Below are positions 1-9,865 of a DNA stretch of 40,933 bases, in pieces. Made by a program: the position numbers and the translations under genes. The notes under the pieces are model-generated. The model saw only the letters and a program-made list of their open reading frames with translations, was not told the DNA's origin and did not search any database. Within the stretch, counting starts at the first letter, position 1; each line of letters opens with the position of its first letter. The DNA comes from a virus, in UHGV virus genome UHGV-0179541; one strand, given 5' to 3'.

Positions 1-762
1 TTACTACGCCATTGATAATACGCTTTTATATATTGAAGATGTAGAAAATAATAAACCATTAATCTAGCTAAAGTTGGATGCTTAAGAAATGCTTCATAAT
101 TCAGTAAGGCATTAGCATAATGGGAATAAAAGTACAGAGACTATCCCTATGGATGATAAATACTGTCCTTTTATTGCTACCCATAAATAATCACCATGCC
201 AATACTATCAAATTGATATTTGAAATGTGATCACTTGACTTTCTATACGTTATTTTATAACGGTTAATATATTTATAAAAACAACGGGTGTGCCATACGC
301 CCGTTTCAATACTTAACGCACATGTGTTTTGGTTTAGTCATCATCCAGTTATATGTATTTTAGCCAGGAACAGGTTAAACCTTTCCTATATAACTCAAAA
401 ATTGAAACCTTATTCTCATGTCATGCTTATATTCATTATTATCGTTATATAAAAAGGCAACCATAATGTTTAGCAAATTGGCACAAAGTAGCATAAAGGC
501 TATGTTTTAATTACAGGATGTTCAGTCATTTGAATGTATAACATTATAGCTAAACAAATCTAAAACGAAGTGAATAATTTATTGTTTTCACTAAATCTCA
601 TTTTGTTTAACATCCATTGAGATTCCTTGCTTTAAATTTTGTTTTATATAAGCAATCGTTTTAATTAATTTATTTTTTGAAGGGGTAATATACTCATATG
701 CAAAATAAAGAAATGAACATCCAAATGAACTATATTAAATACCGTGGGATAAGACATAACAA

Positions 763-1086
763 ATGAAGTGGATAGTAATTGACACGATAATTCAACCTTC
801 ATGCGGCATATCTTTTTCAGCCATATGGGGTAATATGAAAATGATCATCTGGTATCAATCTACTATATTTCTCCCTCCTGGCAGTATATTTACACCGGTT
901 AAATCTGGAATTATCCTTAAAGATAAAGAATATCCTATTACTATTTATAACATCGCACCATTCAACAAGGATTTATGGAGTCTACTCAAAAGCAGTCAAG
1001 AGTGTCCTCCAGGAGAAAGAAAAATAATAAATAAATGTTTGCATAATAGTTGCATTATAAAAATATGCCCATATGGGCTCAAGTAA
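763..1086 (+). CDS. iraM: IraM-like anti-adaptor protein, chromosomal flank outside the prophage
   Basis: 107-aa ORF in AT-rich flank next to the displaced icd fragment; N-terminus [12 protein letters not shown] recalled as IraM/YcgW, which neighbours e14 in E. coli K-12. Recall only, not searched. Confidence 0.5.
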   Translation: MKWIVIDTIIQPSCGISFSAIWGNMKMIIWYQSTIFLPPGSIFTPVKSGIILKDKEYPITIYNIAPFNKDLWSLLKSSQECPPGERKIINKCLHNSCIIKICPYGLK

Positions 1087-1142
1087 AGGGTTTTATATAA
1101 ATATGCTCGATATGCTATTAATAATACCTACATAAATAAAAC

Positions 1143-1165
1143 AACGGGCGTGTTATACGCCCGTT
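1143..1165. terminator. Hairpin AACGGGCG-N7-CGCCCGTT, terminator-like, shared by iraM and the ancestral icd 3' end
   Basis: Perfect 8-bp stem read directly; T-rich tract follows on the minus strand; near-copy of the hairpin after the functional icd stop. Confidence 0.5.
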
Positions 1166-1188
1166 GCAATATTAAACACATGTAGTGA

Positions 1189-1353
1189 TTACATGTTCTT
1201 GATGATCGCATCACCAAATTCTGAACATTTCAGCAGTTTAGCGCCTTCCATCAGACGCTCGAAGTCATAGGTTACGGTCTTCGCATTGATTGCGCCTTCC
1301 ATACCTTTAACAATCAGGTCTGCGGCTTCAGTCCAGCCCATATGGCGTAACAT
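1189..1353 (-). pseudogene. icdC: icdC: displaced 3' fragment of icd (last 54 codons plus stop) at the prophage/chromosome junction
   Basis: About 165 bp homologous to 40541..40705; translates to [54 protein letters not shown], identical to the C-terminus of the icd ORF at the window end; homology stops at 1353. Confidence 0.85.
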
Positions 1354-1494
1354 TAGATTTAGAAAATTATTATATCCAATTGAATTAAAACAATTTTATA
1401 CTTAACGAACATCTAAACTTGTTTTTTTACCTTCACCATAACTCGCTGATTTTGTATAGTTTACGTAGCGTTTTGATAACCACTTTATGGCAAA

Positions 1495-1824
1495 ATGGAG
1501 GTTCGCTTGAAAACTTCTGTTCTTATCCAGAAATTAATGGAAATTGACAAAACTGTACTATTCGATGCGGACGTAGTGACCGGTGAGGAATGGTGGCCAA
1601 CCCCGATTTCTCGTGTTTATCACAATCCGCCACATACTTATGTAGAATTTTAAACAGGTGAACAATCTCAAAATGAATCTGACGAGCTAAGTGTTTATAG
1701 CGAATTACAAATTTGTGCACATCGAATGATGCAAATTAGAGATTTTGTGCAATCTAACGAGGGACTGAAACCTGAAAAAATTGTTTCGGAAATAAACATT
1801 CAAATTGAACGTATTAAAAAGTGA
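1495..1824 (+). pseudogene. Small reading frame interrupted by one in-frame TAA (1651..1653): 52 codons, stop, 56 codons
   Basis: Hand translation: MEVRLKTSVLIQKLMEIDKTVLFDADVVTGEEWWPTPISRVYHNPPHTYVEF, stop, TGEQSQNESDELSVYSELQICAHRMMQIRDFVQSNEGLKPEKIVSEINIQIERIKK; absent from the ORF track because each half is under 60 aa. Confidence 0.3.
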
Positions 1825-1889
1825 TGGCTGAAGCAATTCTGAAACACTAATTCATATTCTATGTTATTCATACCAATGTGGATTTAACT

Positions 1890-1929
1890 CCCACCAACCC
1901 ACCAACCCACCAACCCACCAACCCACCAA
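1890..1929. repeat. Tandem repeat (CCCACCAA) x5, 8-bp unit
   Basis: Read directly: five perfect head-to-tail copies, about 260 bp upstream of the DUF262 gene start. Confidence 0.9.
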
Positions 1930-2187
1930 CCATGATTGGGCGGCGCAAGAAACTAATATCAATTAAAACAGCAAGTTATCAGTCTAAACAGAACACCAAC
2001 GGGATGGAGGAGAGACAAAAAATATCCAATGAAACCGTAGCGCGTCAGCATTCAAAAGCGGGGTTTCTTATTTTTACTTCACCAGTAACAAATACACTGT
2101 ATCATAACTACATAAAAATGATTGTTCTGACTCAGATGAATTTCTTACTCTTGTGGAATGTCACTTAATGTTATTTATAGGTAAACA

Positions 2188-4077
2188 ATGAAATCCGAAA
2201 CGCTAACCATCCAGCAAATTTTCCAAAATCAACGACAATATCGTGTTCCATTCTATCAACGTGCCTACGTATGGACGCAACGAAACCAATGGTCAGCTTT
2301 GTTGGAGGATATCTTCGAAAAAGCACAGAGCCGACTTTCGGGAACAAAACCAACCCCTCATTTCCTCGGCGCGGTGGTGCTGGAACCTCAACTCAAAAAC
2401 AGCTTGTTAGGTGTAGATACCATACATATTATTGACGGCCAGCAACGTTTAACCACTCTTCAATATATTCTGGCATCCATTCGATTATCATTGCGTGCTA
2501 CAGGCCTTTCTGAACTGGAAGGGTTAGTATTGACTTGCTTGAAAAATACAAACGAAGCAACGATGAGAAATAAAAAGGTAGAATGCTTCAAACTGTGGCC
2601 AACTTTTCGAGATCAAACTCATTTTATTCAAAGTCTTAATGTTGATAATATTGACGATCTCCGTAATGTATTTTCTGATAGCTTCACGCAACATGGTACG
2701 TTACGTAAACATTTCAACCACCCGCCGTCACTAGAGGCATTATGGTTTTTTACTGAAGCCTTTATAAAATGGATTAAAATAGAAAAACACTCACCACAAG
2801 AAAATGCTGTAGCACTAATTGAGGCTGTCTTGACGGATCTGAAACTGGTAAGCATATTTCTCGAAGCTGAAGATGATGCCCAAATAATTTTTGAAACATT
2901 AAATGGGCGAGGAGCGGAACTTCATGCAACGGATCTTATTCGCAACTATATCTTTATGTGCGCTGAGCATGAAAATATTAATGCTATTGAATTATATGAA
3001 AATGAGTGGAAGATCTTTGAAGATAAATACTGGTCGGAAAAGCAACGCCGTGGACGTATTAATAAACCACGCATGGAGTGGCTTGTACATGCGACATTGC
3101 AATCAGAAAGGCAGCGTGAAATTGATCTGTCTCGCCTTTACAATGAGTATCGTGATTATGTAAGTAAGGACTTGCCTTCACAACGAGCAGATCTGCAAGT
3201 AAAGCGCCTCAAACAATATGCATCACAATATAAAGAATTGGTTGGTGGTTTTGGCACAACCCCCATCTCACACTTTAGACATCGCATCGCAGCCTATGAT
3301 GTGACGACACTCTATCCGCTTGCTTTGTTCATTTCGATAGCTAACATCGCCGATGATGAGAAAGCAGCCATGTATAATGATCTTGTCTCCTACGTAGTAC
3401 GAAGATCCGTATGTGGCCTGACGCCAAAGAATTACAACAATGTATTTATGAATGTATTGCGACACTTGTCTAAAACGGAAATTTCCAGTGTTGAGTTACG
3501 TAATATCCTCAATAGCTTAAATGGCGAAGCCTCACGTTGGCCTGGGGACTCAGAATTTCTCAACGCTTGCATCAATGCTCCACTTTATCCTGGCAGGCTC
3601 GACGCACCGAAAATGCGCTCAATGTTAACGGAACTTGAAAGAGAACTTTGTCGCCAAGTGAAGACAGAAAAGCCTGATGTTCCAAATCTTTCTAATCTCG
3701 ATATCGATCATCTTATGCCTCAAAGTTGGTATTCCTGTTGGCCTCTCGAAAATGGTCATATGGTGACAAATTCAGATGCTACGGTAATGAACCAAATTGT
3801 TCTGTCTGGAACCGATCTTACCCCTGAACAGCTACTGGTAAGGAAACGGCAACAAGCGATAGCTACGTTGGGAAATCTAACTTTGCTTAACCTTAGCGTA
3901 AACCGTTCCGTTCAGAATGCTGTATTTCTGAAAAAACGTGATGCTCTCATCGTCCATACCAATCTACGACTGAACATACCACTTATACTTAAGGATAAAT
4001 GGGATGAGAGTGAAATACTGGAGCGAGGTAAAAAGTTGGGGGAAATTGCATTGAAAGTATGGCCAAAATACGATTAA
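2188..4077 (+). CDS. DUF262/DUF1524 two-domain protein, GmrSD-family type IV (modification-dependent) restriction endonuclease-like
   Basis: N-terminal motifs VPFYQRAYVW and IIDGQQRLTTL (DUF262 / ParB-like signature DGQQR); C-terminal DIDHLMPQS region consistent with the DUF1524 His-Me finger; AT-richer than phage core. Confidence 0.75.
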   Translation: MKSETLTIQQIFQNQRQYRVPFYQRAYVWTQRNQWSALLEDIFEKAQSRLSGTKPTPHFLGAVVLEPQLKNSLLGVDTIHIIDGQQRLTTLQYILASIRLSLRATGLSELEGLVLTCLKNTNEATMRNKKVECFKLWPTFRDQTHFIQSLNVDNIDDLRNVFSDSFTQHGTLRKHFNHPPSLEALWFFTEAFIKWIKIEKHSPQENAVALIEAVLTDLKLVSIFLEAEDDAQIIFETLNGRGAELHATDLIRNYIFMCAEHENINAIELYENEWKIFEDKYWSEKQRRGRINKPRMEWLVHATLQSERQREIDLSRLYNEYRDYVSKDLPSQRADLQVKRLKQYASQYKELVGGFGTTPISHFRHRIAAYDVTTLYPLALFISIANIADDEKAAMYNDLVSYVVRRSVCGLTPKNYNNVFMNVLRHLSKTEISSVELRNILNSLNGEASRWPGDSEFLNACINAPLYPGRLDAPKMRSMLTELERELCRQVKTEKPDVPNLSNLDIDHLMPQSWYSCWPLENGHMVTNSDATVMNQIVLSGTDLTPEQLLVRKRQQAIATLGNLTLLNLSVNRSVQNAVFLKKRDALIVHTNLRLNIPLILKDKWDESEILERGKKLGEIALKVWPKYD

Positions 4078-4099
4078 TGCAATTAATAAAATGATTATA

Positions 4100-4123
4100 G
4101 CGGCCTTACATTAGTAAGGCCGC
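4100..4123. terminator. Hairpin GCGGCCTTA-CATTAG-TAAGGCCGC between convergent genes
   Basis: Perfect 9-bp stem immediately after the DUF262 gene stop; the truncated invertase frame terminates inside the loop. Confidence 0.6.
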
Positions 4124-4338
4124 AACTCACTATTAAATCCTTTAATTTGCATCAAGAACAGCACTGTCAGCCCTAGGCTCTCGGACTTTGTACCGCTTAT
4201 CTTGTCTTCAAAAATCAGCTCGCATCCTGCACAGTTAAACGCATTACGTTGTAGATCGATTTTCTGGTCATTTGTTGATACGCAAACATAGCCAATAAGC
4301 ATGGTAGCTCCCTCTGACAAAAGCAGGAATGATGCCAT
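4111..4338 (-). pseudogene. Truncated serine DNA invertase (Pin/Gin/Hin family), N-terminal 75 codons only
   Basis: MLIGYVCVSTNDQKIDLQRNAFNCAGCELIFEDKISGT matches the invertase N-terminus including the catalytic-serine region; frame ends after about 75 aa where a full invertase is about 190 aa. Confidence 0.75.
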
Positions 4339-4718
4339 TTTCTCGTTATTTCTGCATTTTCATAAACGTTGGTTTGGGAGAATTATCTCTGGCTGGCACT
4401 GCATCGGGTGTCATTGGTCTGAATGGGTATGTAACGATTCCGTTAATTATTTCAGGTTCCCGGAGAACACTGATTATTCAGTGGGGGCAGGCGAGATTTG
4501 GTGGGTCTGGTGGTGAAGATGCCGGATATCTTAATGATTTTCCTTTTGCCTTTCCGTCAGCATGTTATGGAATGATAGTTAGTCATGTGGGGCATACACC
4601 TTCAGGCGCAGGAATCCTGTCGGCTTCTGCAATTACATCAAATCAGTTCCGCGGTTTTTCAAGCATAGCGACTGCTGCAAATGCTGTATTAGGTCGTTAT
4701 ATCGCTATAGGGGGTTAA
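4329..4718 (+). CDS. Silent alternative tail-fibre C-terminal cassette (inverted orientation); ORF start not meaningful
   Basis: Shares the LIIQWG junction and 17-bp inverted repeat with the expressed tail-fibre gene; followed by its own Tfa gene. Confidence 0.5.
   Translation: MMPFSRYFCIFINVGLGELSLAGTASGVIGLNGYVTIPLIISGSRRTLIIQWGQARFGGSGGEDAGYLNDFPFAFPSACYGMIVSHVGHTPSGAGILSASAITSNQFRGFSSIATAANAVLGRYIAIGG
4470..4486. repeat. Left inverted repeat CTGATTATTCAGTGGGG of the tail-fibre inversion segment
   Basis: Exact reverse complement of 5768..5784. Confidence 0.8.
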
Positions 4719-4719
4719 T

Positions 4720-5157
4720 ATGTTTTATAGTCCATCATTAAACATTTTTGTGAATCCTGCGCTTAAGGATGATTACATTAATGCAAATTCATGGCCAGAT
4801 GATGCTCTGGCTGTCAGTGATGATGTTTATAATGAATTTGCAATCAATACGCCCCCATATGACAAAATTCGTGTTGCAGGAAAAAATGGATTACCCACAT
4901 GGGCACTAATACCTCCACCATCGCATGAAGAACTTATTCAACAGGCAGAATCAGAAAGGCAATTATTGCTTAATCAGGCCAACGAATACATGAACAGTAA
5001 ACAATGGCCCGGTAAAGCCGCTATTGGTCGTCTGAAAGACGAGGAACTGGCACTATATAATTTGTGGCTGGATTACCTGGACGCACTGGAACTGGTGGAT
5101 ACCTCCAGTGCTCCAGATATTGAATGGCCTACACCTCCGGTAACTCAGGCCAGCTAA
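4720..5157 (+). CDS. Tail fibre assembly protein (alternative cassette)
   Basis: 145 aa, Tfa-like C-terminus (DIEWPTPP), convergent with a second Tfa gene. Confidence 0.7.
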   Translation: MFYSPSLNIFVNPALKDDYINANSWPDDALAVSDDVYNEFAINTPPYDKIRVAGKNGLPTWALIPPPSHEELIQQAESERQLLLNQANEYMNSKQWPGKAAIGRLKDEELALYNLWLDYLDALELVDTSSAPDIEWPTPPVTQAS

Positions 5158-5554
5158 TCTCAGGAGCCGTCGAAGTGTCGACGGCTTTTACTTCTTTTTT
5201 GTAGTCCATCCAGGCGGATAGTTTTTCTTTATCTGTACTGCTGATATCACCAAGCATTAATTCCACTCGCCAGTCAGCTGTGACATTATCGGCATGAGCA
5301 AGTAACTGCATTCGCTGATTTTCAGCACGTGCGACATAATCAATCGCCGGAGATTTCAGTACCGGTAAACCATTTTCATCTGACGTGATTAATTTACCCC
5401 CTTCCTGCTGTCCGGCAATTAATTCATTGTATAAGTCTGTACTTATCTCAACAATGTCAGCAGGCATGTCGCTGTTTATACCATCAAAGAAAAAACCATT
5501 AGTCGATTTTGAGAAATAAATCATAGATATACCTATACACCGATTGCTACCCAA
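5129..5554 (-). CDS. Tail fibre assembly protein (expressed cassette)
   Basis: 141 aa, Tfa-like (EISWPELP), immediately downstream of the tail-fibre gene. Confidence 0.7.
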   Translation of the reverse strand: MGSNRCIGISMIYFSKSTNGFFFDGINSDMPADIVEISTDLYNELIAGQQEGGKLITSDENGLPVLKSPAIDYVARAENQRMQLLAHADNVTADWRVELMLGDISSTDKEKLSAWMDYKKEVKAVDTSTAPEISWPELPEV

Positions 5555-6189
5555 AAACAGGACCTTTCATATTTGACAATTTCTCCCTGAGATATACCGC
5601 CAACAATTATATAGAACTGTGATTTGGTGATATCAGAACAGTTCGCAATGCCCATTGCAGATATACCAGCCAACGACGTTGTATGTGGCACAGCCAACAG
5701 CGCAAGTGAACGATTTGGGAATGTTACCGGGTAAGTCACCGTATAGTTTGATGCTCCACTGACAATACCCCACTGAATAATCAGACCTGAAGGGAGTTTT
5801 TGAAAACCCGTTGATGAAAGTGAACTGGCAAACGCCGCCATATCCGGAATTTGGTTTTGCCCGTTACCTACATTCCGTTTTGCCGCTTCTCCCAAACCAA
5901 GGTTTTGAAGAGCCGTTTTCACCGTGCCGTCCGATTTGATATCGCCAAACGGATTTTTGCGACTTAACAGCAGCGCACGAAGCGCGGTAAGCAGCTGGTC
6001 ATGCCGCCCCTTCTCCAGGCTGGCACCGGATGCCTCCACCACGCTGCAGAGCTCTTCCTGCAACATGTCAAAGTAGTCATCATCCAGATCGGTGGCAGGC
6101 GTGCCGGTCTGGGGGTTACCACGGGTAAAACCGTTCTTACCCGCGCCGAACTTATCCTTCTGCGCGGTTTTCGTGTCTATACGATGCAT
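5533..6189 (-). CDS. Tail fibre protein (short, e14 Stf-like)
   Basis: 218 aa following the baseplate genes; C-terminal half begins at the inverted repeat. Confidence 0.65.
   Translation of the reverse strand: MHRIDTKTAQKDKFGAGKNGFTRGNPQTGTPATDLDDDYFDMLQEELCSVVEASGASLEKGRHDQLLTALRALLLSRKNPFGDIKSDGTVKTALQNLGLGEAAKRNVGNGQNQIPDMAAFASSLSSTGFQKLPSGLIIQWGIVSGASNYTVTYPVTFPNRSLALLAVPHTTSLAGISAMGIANCSDITKSQFYIIVGGISQGEIVKYERSCFWVAIGV
5768..5784. repeat. Right inverted repeat of the tail-fibre inversion segment (inside the tail-fibre gene)
   Basis: CCCCACTGAATAATCAG, reverse complement of 4470..4486; encodes LIIQWG in the tail-fibre frame. Confidence 0.8.
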
Positions 6190-6192
6190 GGA

Positions 6193-6777
6193 TTACTCCG
6201 GATATTTAAAAATTACGTAGGTATGCGACGGGCAGAGTTTGTTAAGCACACATTCGACAACTGTGTCGCCCCAGATACGCAGTGCGGAATCACAGGGATC
6301 GCCACATGTCATCCAGGTGGTGTTGGTGGCGGCTGGCATGTTGACCTGCCAGTAATACCGCCATTCAGGCGCGTTCACAGCGTCAGTACAGGCCGATGAG
6401 CAGGTGAACGTGCTTTTGTCGTATCGCGTGATGGTGGCATCTGGTCTGCCCAGGGCAGCAAGCTGTGCAAGATAAAAATCCTCGTTGATGCCGCCCGCCA
6501 GGTTAACCTTCGCATCCAGCCGTTGCTGACGCTGGCGAAGGGTCTGTGTCCCTGCGGGAATACATTCATCCGGCAGACCGCACAGACGCTCCCAGCGGTT
6601 TATCAGTTCAGTGGTGGTGCGCGGATCCAGCTCCCGCATCAGGGCATCCGCACGCTGATGAACGCGGGATAATGACGGTGCCGCACCGGCAATCGCCGGA
6701 TCGCTGGCTGACCACGCCGGACCGGGGGGCAACAGTGCCGACAACAGACGGATGTAATCATCGTTTGTCACGTCCAT
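6193..6777 (-). CDS. Baseplate protein, Mu gp48 / YmfQ-like (DUF2313)
   Basis: 194 aa; position and sequence consistent with the e14 YmfQ family. Confidence 0.6.
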   Translation of the reverse strand: MDVTNDDYIRLLSALLPPGPAWSASDPAIAGAAPSLSRVHQRADALMRELDPRTTTELINRWERLCGLPDECIPAGTQTLRQRQQRLDAKVNLAGGINEDFYLAQLAALGRPDATITRYDKSTFTCSSACTDAVNAPEWRYYWQVNMPAATNTTWMTCGDPCDSALRIWGDTVVECVLNKLCPSHTYVIFKYPE

Positions 6778-7826
6778 GAAATCGTCCCCAGTACCGCCAG
6801 TTCATTTTTTGCAATGGAGATATTGTCTGCCGGTGCAAGCAACTGATGGCTGTATTCCCCGTTCGCACCGGAAATCGCCTCACTGATACGCGATACCTTC
6901 AGTTCTCCCTGCGGATAACCATCACGCAGCAGGAACGAACGCAACTCCGCGGTGATGGCAGCCCGTATTTCCGGTGTGTCCGGCGTCACACGGATATGAA
7001 AATCCACCGTATGTGCCACCGGCCTGAACACATACAAATCAGAGCCTGCCACCGGGGCCAGTGGCTCGATATGTTGTCTTGCCGCCGTTTCCGTTGATTC
7101 TTCCGGAATGGGATTAATCAGGTCACTGCTGGCTATCATCACACCGACAGTCCCCGTTCCCATCCAGTGTCGGTATGTCCATGCGCGGGTAATGCCGGGC
7201 ACTTCTTTAGCCCAGACGACATAGTCCCCGTCAGCCCCGCCCTGAGGCGTCCAGTAATACCGCTCAATGACGCGGGCGCGCCACGTTTCCAGCTCTTCAA
7301 TATCAAATCCACCTGTCAGGGTATCTGCCTCGCCGGAAGACGGCAGACCATTAACCGGCGTGACCAGGATTAATGACGTACCGTCGTCAGCGTTACCGAC
7401 CGCGCCTGCACTTGAGCAGGCGATCGGCACGCGCAGGACACCACCGGTGCTGGTTGCATCGGCAGTTGCCGTGTACTGAACCAGGTCATCGCGCTGAATA
7501 ACACTTCCGGCGGTCACCTTCAGGCCATCGCTGACACCTTCCCAGCGCATATACCCGCTGGCAGCCGTGGCCCCCTTGCGCGGACACCGTTTCATCGCAG
7601 CATGTCGCGCCAGCCAGGACTCATCGCACAGGTCAGGCAGCATGTTCATTGCCAGATAATCGATGTACCCGTAAACCGTATGCAGCGCCGCCGCATACAC
7701 CTTTGCCCGCACGTCTTCATCCATGCGCCGGAGCGTGTCGCTGACGTCCAGCCTGGCGAATAAATCGTTACGGAGCATACTGATATTTTCTGCCAGCGTC
7801 GGGCGCTGAAATTCACTGTCCGCCAT
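6768..7826 (-). CDS. Baseplate J-like protein (Mu gp47-like)
   Basis: 352 aa, conserved position in the Mu-type baseplate cluster. Confidence 0.65.
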   Translation of the reverse strand: MADSEFQRPTLAENISMLRNDLFARLDVSDTLRRMDEDVRAKVYAAALHTVYGYIDYLAMNMLPDLCDESWLARHAAMKRCPRKGATAASGYMRWEGVSDGLKVTAGSVIQRDDLVQYTATADATSTGGVLRVPIACSSAGAVGNADDGTSLILVTPVNGLPSSGEADTLTGGFDIEELETWRARVIERYYWTPQGGADGDYVVWAKEVPGITRAWTYRHWMGTGTVGVMIASSDLINPIPEESTETAARQHIEPLAPVAGSDLYVFRPVAHTVDFHIRVTPDTPEIRAAITAELRSFLLRDGYPQGELKVSRISEAISGANGEYSHQLLAPADNISIAKNELAVLGTISWT

Positions 7827-8241
7827 GCGTTATCGCACTCCACAGATCATCAAAAGAAATCATTACCGGTCCGTCACGACGCCAGAGAGTGATACTGTTA
7901 CCCAGTTCATTAATCCCGGTGCGGCGGATATCCAGATCAATACGGGACACCACGCCGTCATCAATCATCCATTGCAGGCATTCGCGGATATACCCCCTTA
8001 CCGTCTGCACCAGTTGATTGGTCAGTTTGCTGCGCTGAAGCAGCCACAGTCGGGAGCCGTAACGGTCATTCTGTACCGCAGGCCAGGTATCCCCCCACCA
8101 TCCCATCGGGACGTCGGCATTGTCATCAGGCTCCGCCCGCCGCCAGGTAAACAGGGAAATCACCACGGCGCGGGTCAGCGGATCCAGCGGTGCGCTGGCG
8201 CAGGTGCGTTTACCGTTCACCGTCAGCCACAGTTCCATCAT
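7813..8241 (-). CDS. Baseplate protein, Mu gp46-like
   Basis: 142 aa, position between gp45-like and gp47-like genes. Confidence 0.55.
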   Translation of the reverse strand: MMELWLTVNGKRTCASAPLDPLTRAVVISLFTWRRAEPDDNADVPMGWWGDTWPAVQNDRYGSRLWLLQRSKLTNQLVQTVRGYIRECLQWMIDDGVVSRIDLDIRRTGINELGNSITLWRRDGPVMISFDDLWSAITHGGQ

Positions 8242-8786
8242 GCCTCCATCGCTTTATCAGGTTTGTCGGTGTTACTGCCCTGACCGTTCTCTCTGTGACG
8301 ATGCCCGTTATAGGCAAGCCGCATCGCTGACATGGTGGTGCCGCCGGAGTCGCACAGGTCTTTCACCTGTCCGGTCACTTCAAGGTCCATTTCAAAACGT
8401 GCTTTAGGTGAATTGCGAAACGTGATCGTTTTACCTGCACCGTCCACCACGATCCCCTCCCGGGTCAGCGTCACGGACTGCCCCTGATCGTCATAGACAG
8501 CCACCTCACCCGTCTGCAGCCCTTTCAGGCGGTAGCGCCGGTCCGACACCGTAACAACCACCGCATGAGAACGGTCGCCATCCGGAAACAACACCACCGC
8601 TTCCGCACCGCTGTTTGCCCTTGCGGTAAAACCGTAGGGTTCAAGATGTTCAACCCCGGCTTTGGGTTCACCGGCAATCAGGGACACATCCACGGTCTGA
8701 CATTTCGTGGCGGCACTGATGCTTTTCACCACCGCCCGCCCAATCAGGCCGAGGAGTTGTCGCTGTATGGTTTCAATCGCCTTCAT
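8238..8786 (-). CDS. Baseplate assembly / spike protein (Mu gp45-like)
   Basis: 182 aa, synteny. Confidence 0.55.
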   Translation of the reverse strand: MKAIETIQRQLLGLIGRAVVKSISAATKCQTVDVSLIAGEPKAGVEHLEPYGFTARANSGAEAVVLFPDGDRSHAVVVTVSDRRYRLKGLQTGEVAVYDDQGQSVTLTREGIVVDGAGKTITFRNSPKARFEMDLEVTGQVKDLCDSGGTTMSAMRLAYNGHRHRENGQGSNTDKPDKAMEA

Positions 8787-9865
8787 CAGAACGGGTCCTC
8801 CTGTACTCTGGCTTTTTTCTTTTTCCGCGCGCCGGGGGCTTCGGGTTCAGGCAGATAAGCATCAGGTGGGCCGACACGGATTTCCGTCAGGGTGCCATTC
8901 TGGTCCTGAGTAAACGTGACTTCCGAGACAAGCAGTTCGGTATTGTCGAAACCACAGACCGGATCGAAGACAATCACCCGCTGGTTGGGCTGCCACAGCG
9001 TACCGTTACCCTGTCGCCAGCCCTGCACCACATAGGTGGTTTCATCCGTCCGCGCCGCCCGTTGCCGGGCTTCAAAGTCAGCACGGGCAATACAGCCTGC
9101 CCCCGTGGCCTGCCCTGTCTGCCTGATATACATCGGACGGTAACGGGCAATAAATGCGTCCTCTGTGCGGGCCCGCAGCGCGGTGGTGGTGGCCTCACCG
9201 AAATCATCGTCGTTTCCGGCACGCTGCCCCGCCACCTGGTAAACTGAAAACCGCTCCCGGATACTCTTCTCCGTATCACAGGAAAGGATGTTTTCCCCAA
9301 GTACCAGCGCGGTATGTGCCCGCGTTGAGCCAATACCGCCAATCACCAGCCTGCCGTGCGGGTCGTCATAAGCCAGCGCCTGCTGCTGACCGAGTATTTT
9401 GTTGATTACCTCAATCACCGTTTCACCGTGATCAGGCTGGACATCAGGAATAACACCCGACGGCGCACCGCTGTTCACCACCTCAATGCCGAAAGGCGCA
9501 GCAAGCGCCTGCGCAATCTGTACCAGCGATCGTCCGTTAAACTGTGTCGGTTCGGCTGCACAGTCAATCAGGTCAGCGGTCAGACTGCGTCCGGCAATAC
9601 CGGTGCTGACCGAACGGGCATCGTAACGAACGGGCGTCGCCTCCACCCAGCCGGTGATCACCAGCTCATCACCAATCAGCACCTCCACTTTTGAACCGTT
9701 TTTAATGCGCGGCTGAAGCGTGGTGATACCCTCATCTCCCGGCCACTGGCGGGTGATCTCCACACTGAAATCCCGCGCCAGTCGTTCAACACCGGCACCG
9801 ATGCGCACCGATGTCCAGCCATTCCACTCCCGGCCATTTACCCGTAGCGTGACGTTATCGTTCAT
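8786..9865 (-). CDS. Baseplate hub / tail protein (Mu gp44-like)
   Basis: 359 aa, synteny after the DNA-circularisation-like gene. Confidence 0.55.
   Translation of the reverse strand: MNDNVTLRVNGREWNGWTSVRIGAGVERLARDFSVEITRQWPGDEGITTLQPRIKNGSKVEVLIGDELVITGWVEATPVRYDARSVSTGIAGRSLTADLIDCAAEPTQFNGRSLVQIAQALAAPFGIEVVNSGAPSGVIPDVQPDHGETVIEVINKILGQQQALAYDDPHGRLVIGGIGSTRAHTALVLGENILSCDTEKSIRERFSVYQVAGQRAGNDDDFGEATTTALRARTEDAFIARYRPMYIRQTGQATGAGCIARADFEARQRAARTDETTYVVQGWRQGNGTLWQPNQRVIVFDPVCGFDNTELLVSEVTFTQDQNGTLTEIRVGPPDAYLPEPEAPGARKKKKARVQEDPF

Noticed and set aside
1890-1929. Possible CRISPR array
   Set aside because: Repeats are contiguous 8-mers with no spacers; the iteron array at 32255..32405 also lacks the regular repeat-spacer structure. 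No CRISPR is present.
1878-2168. 96-aa ORF translating the CCCACCAA array (PTNPPT repeats)
   Set aside because: The frame is created by the tandem repeat itself and has no ribosome-binding site; treated as non-coding repeat.
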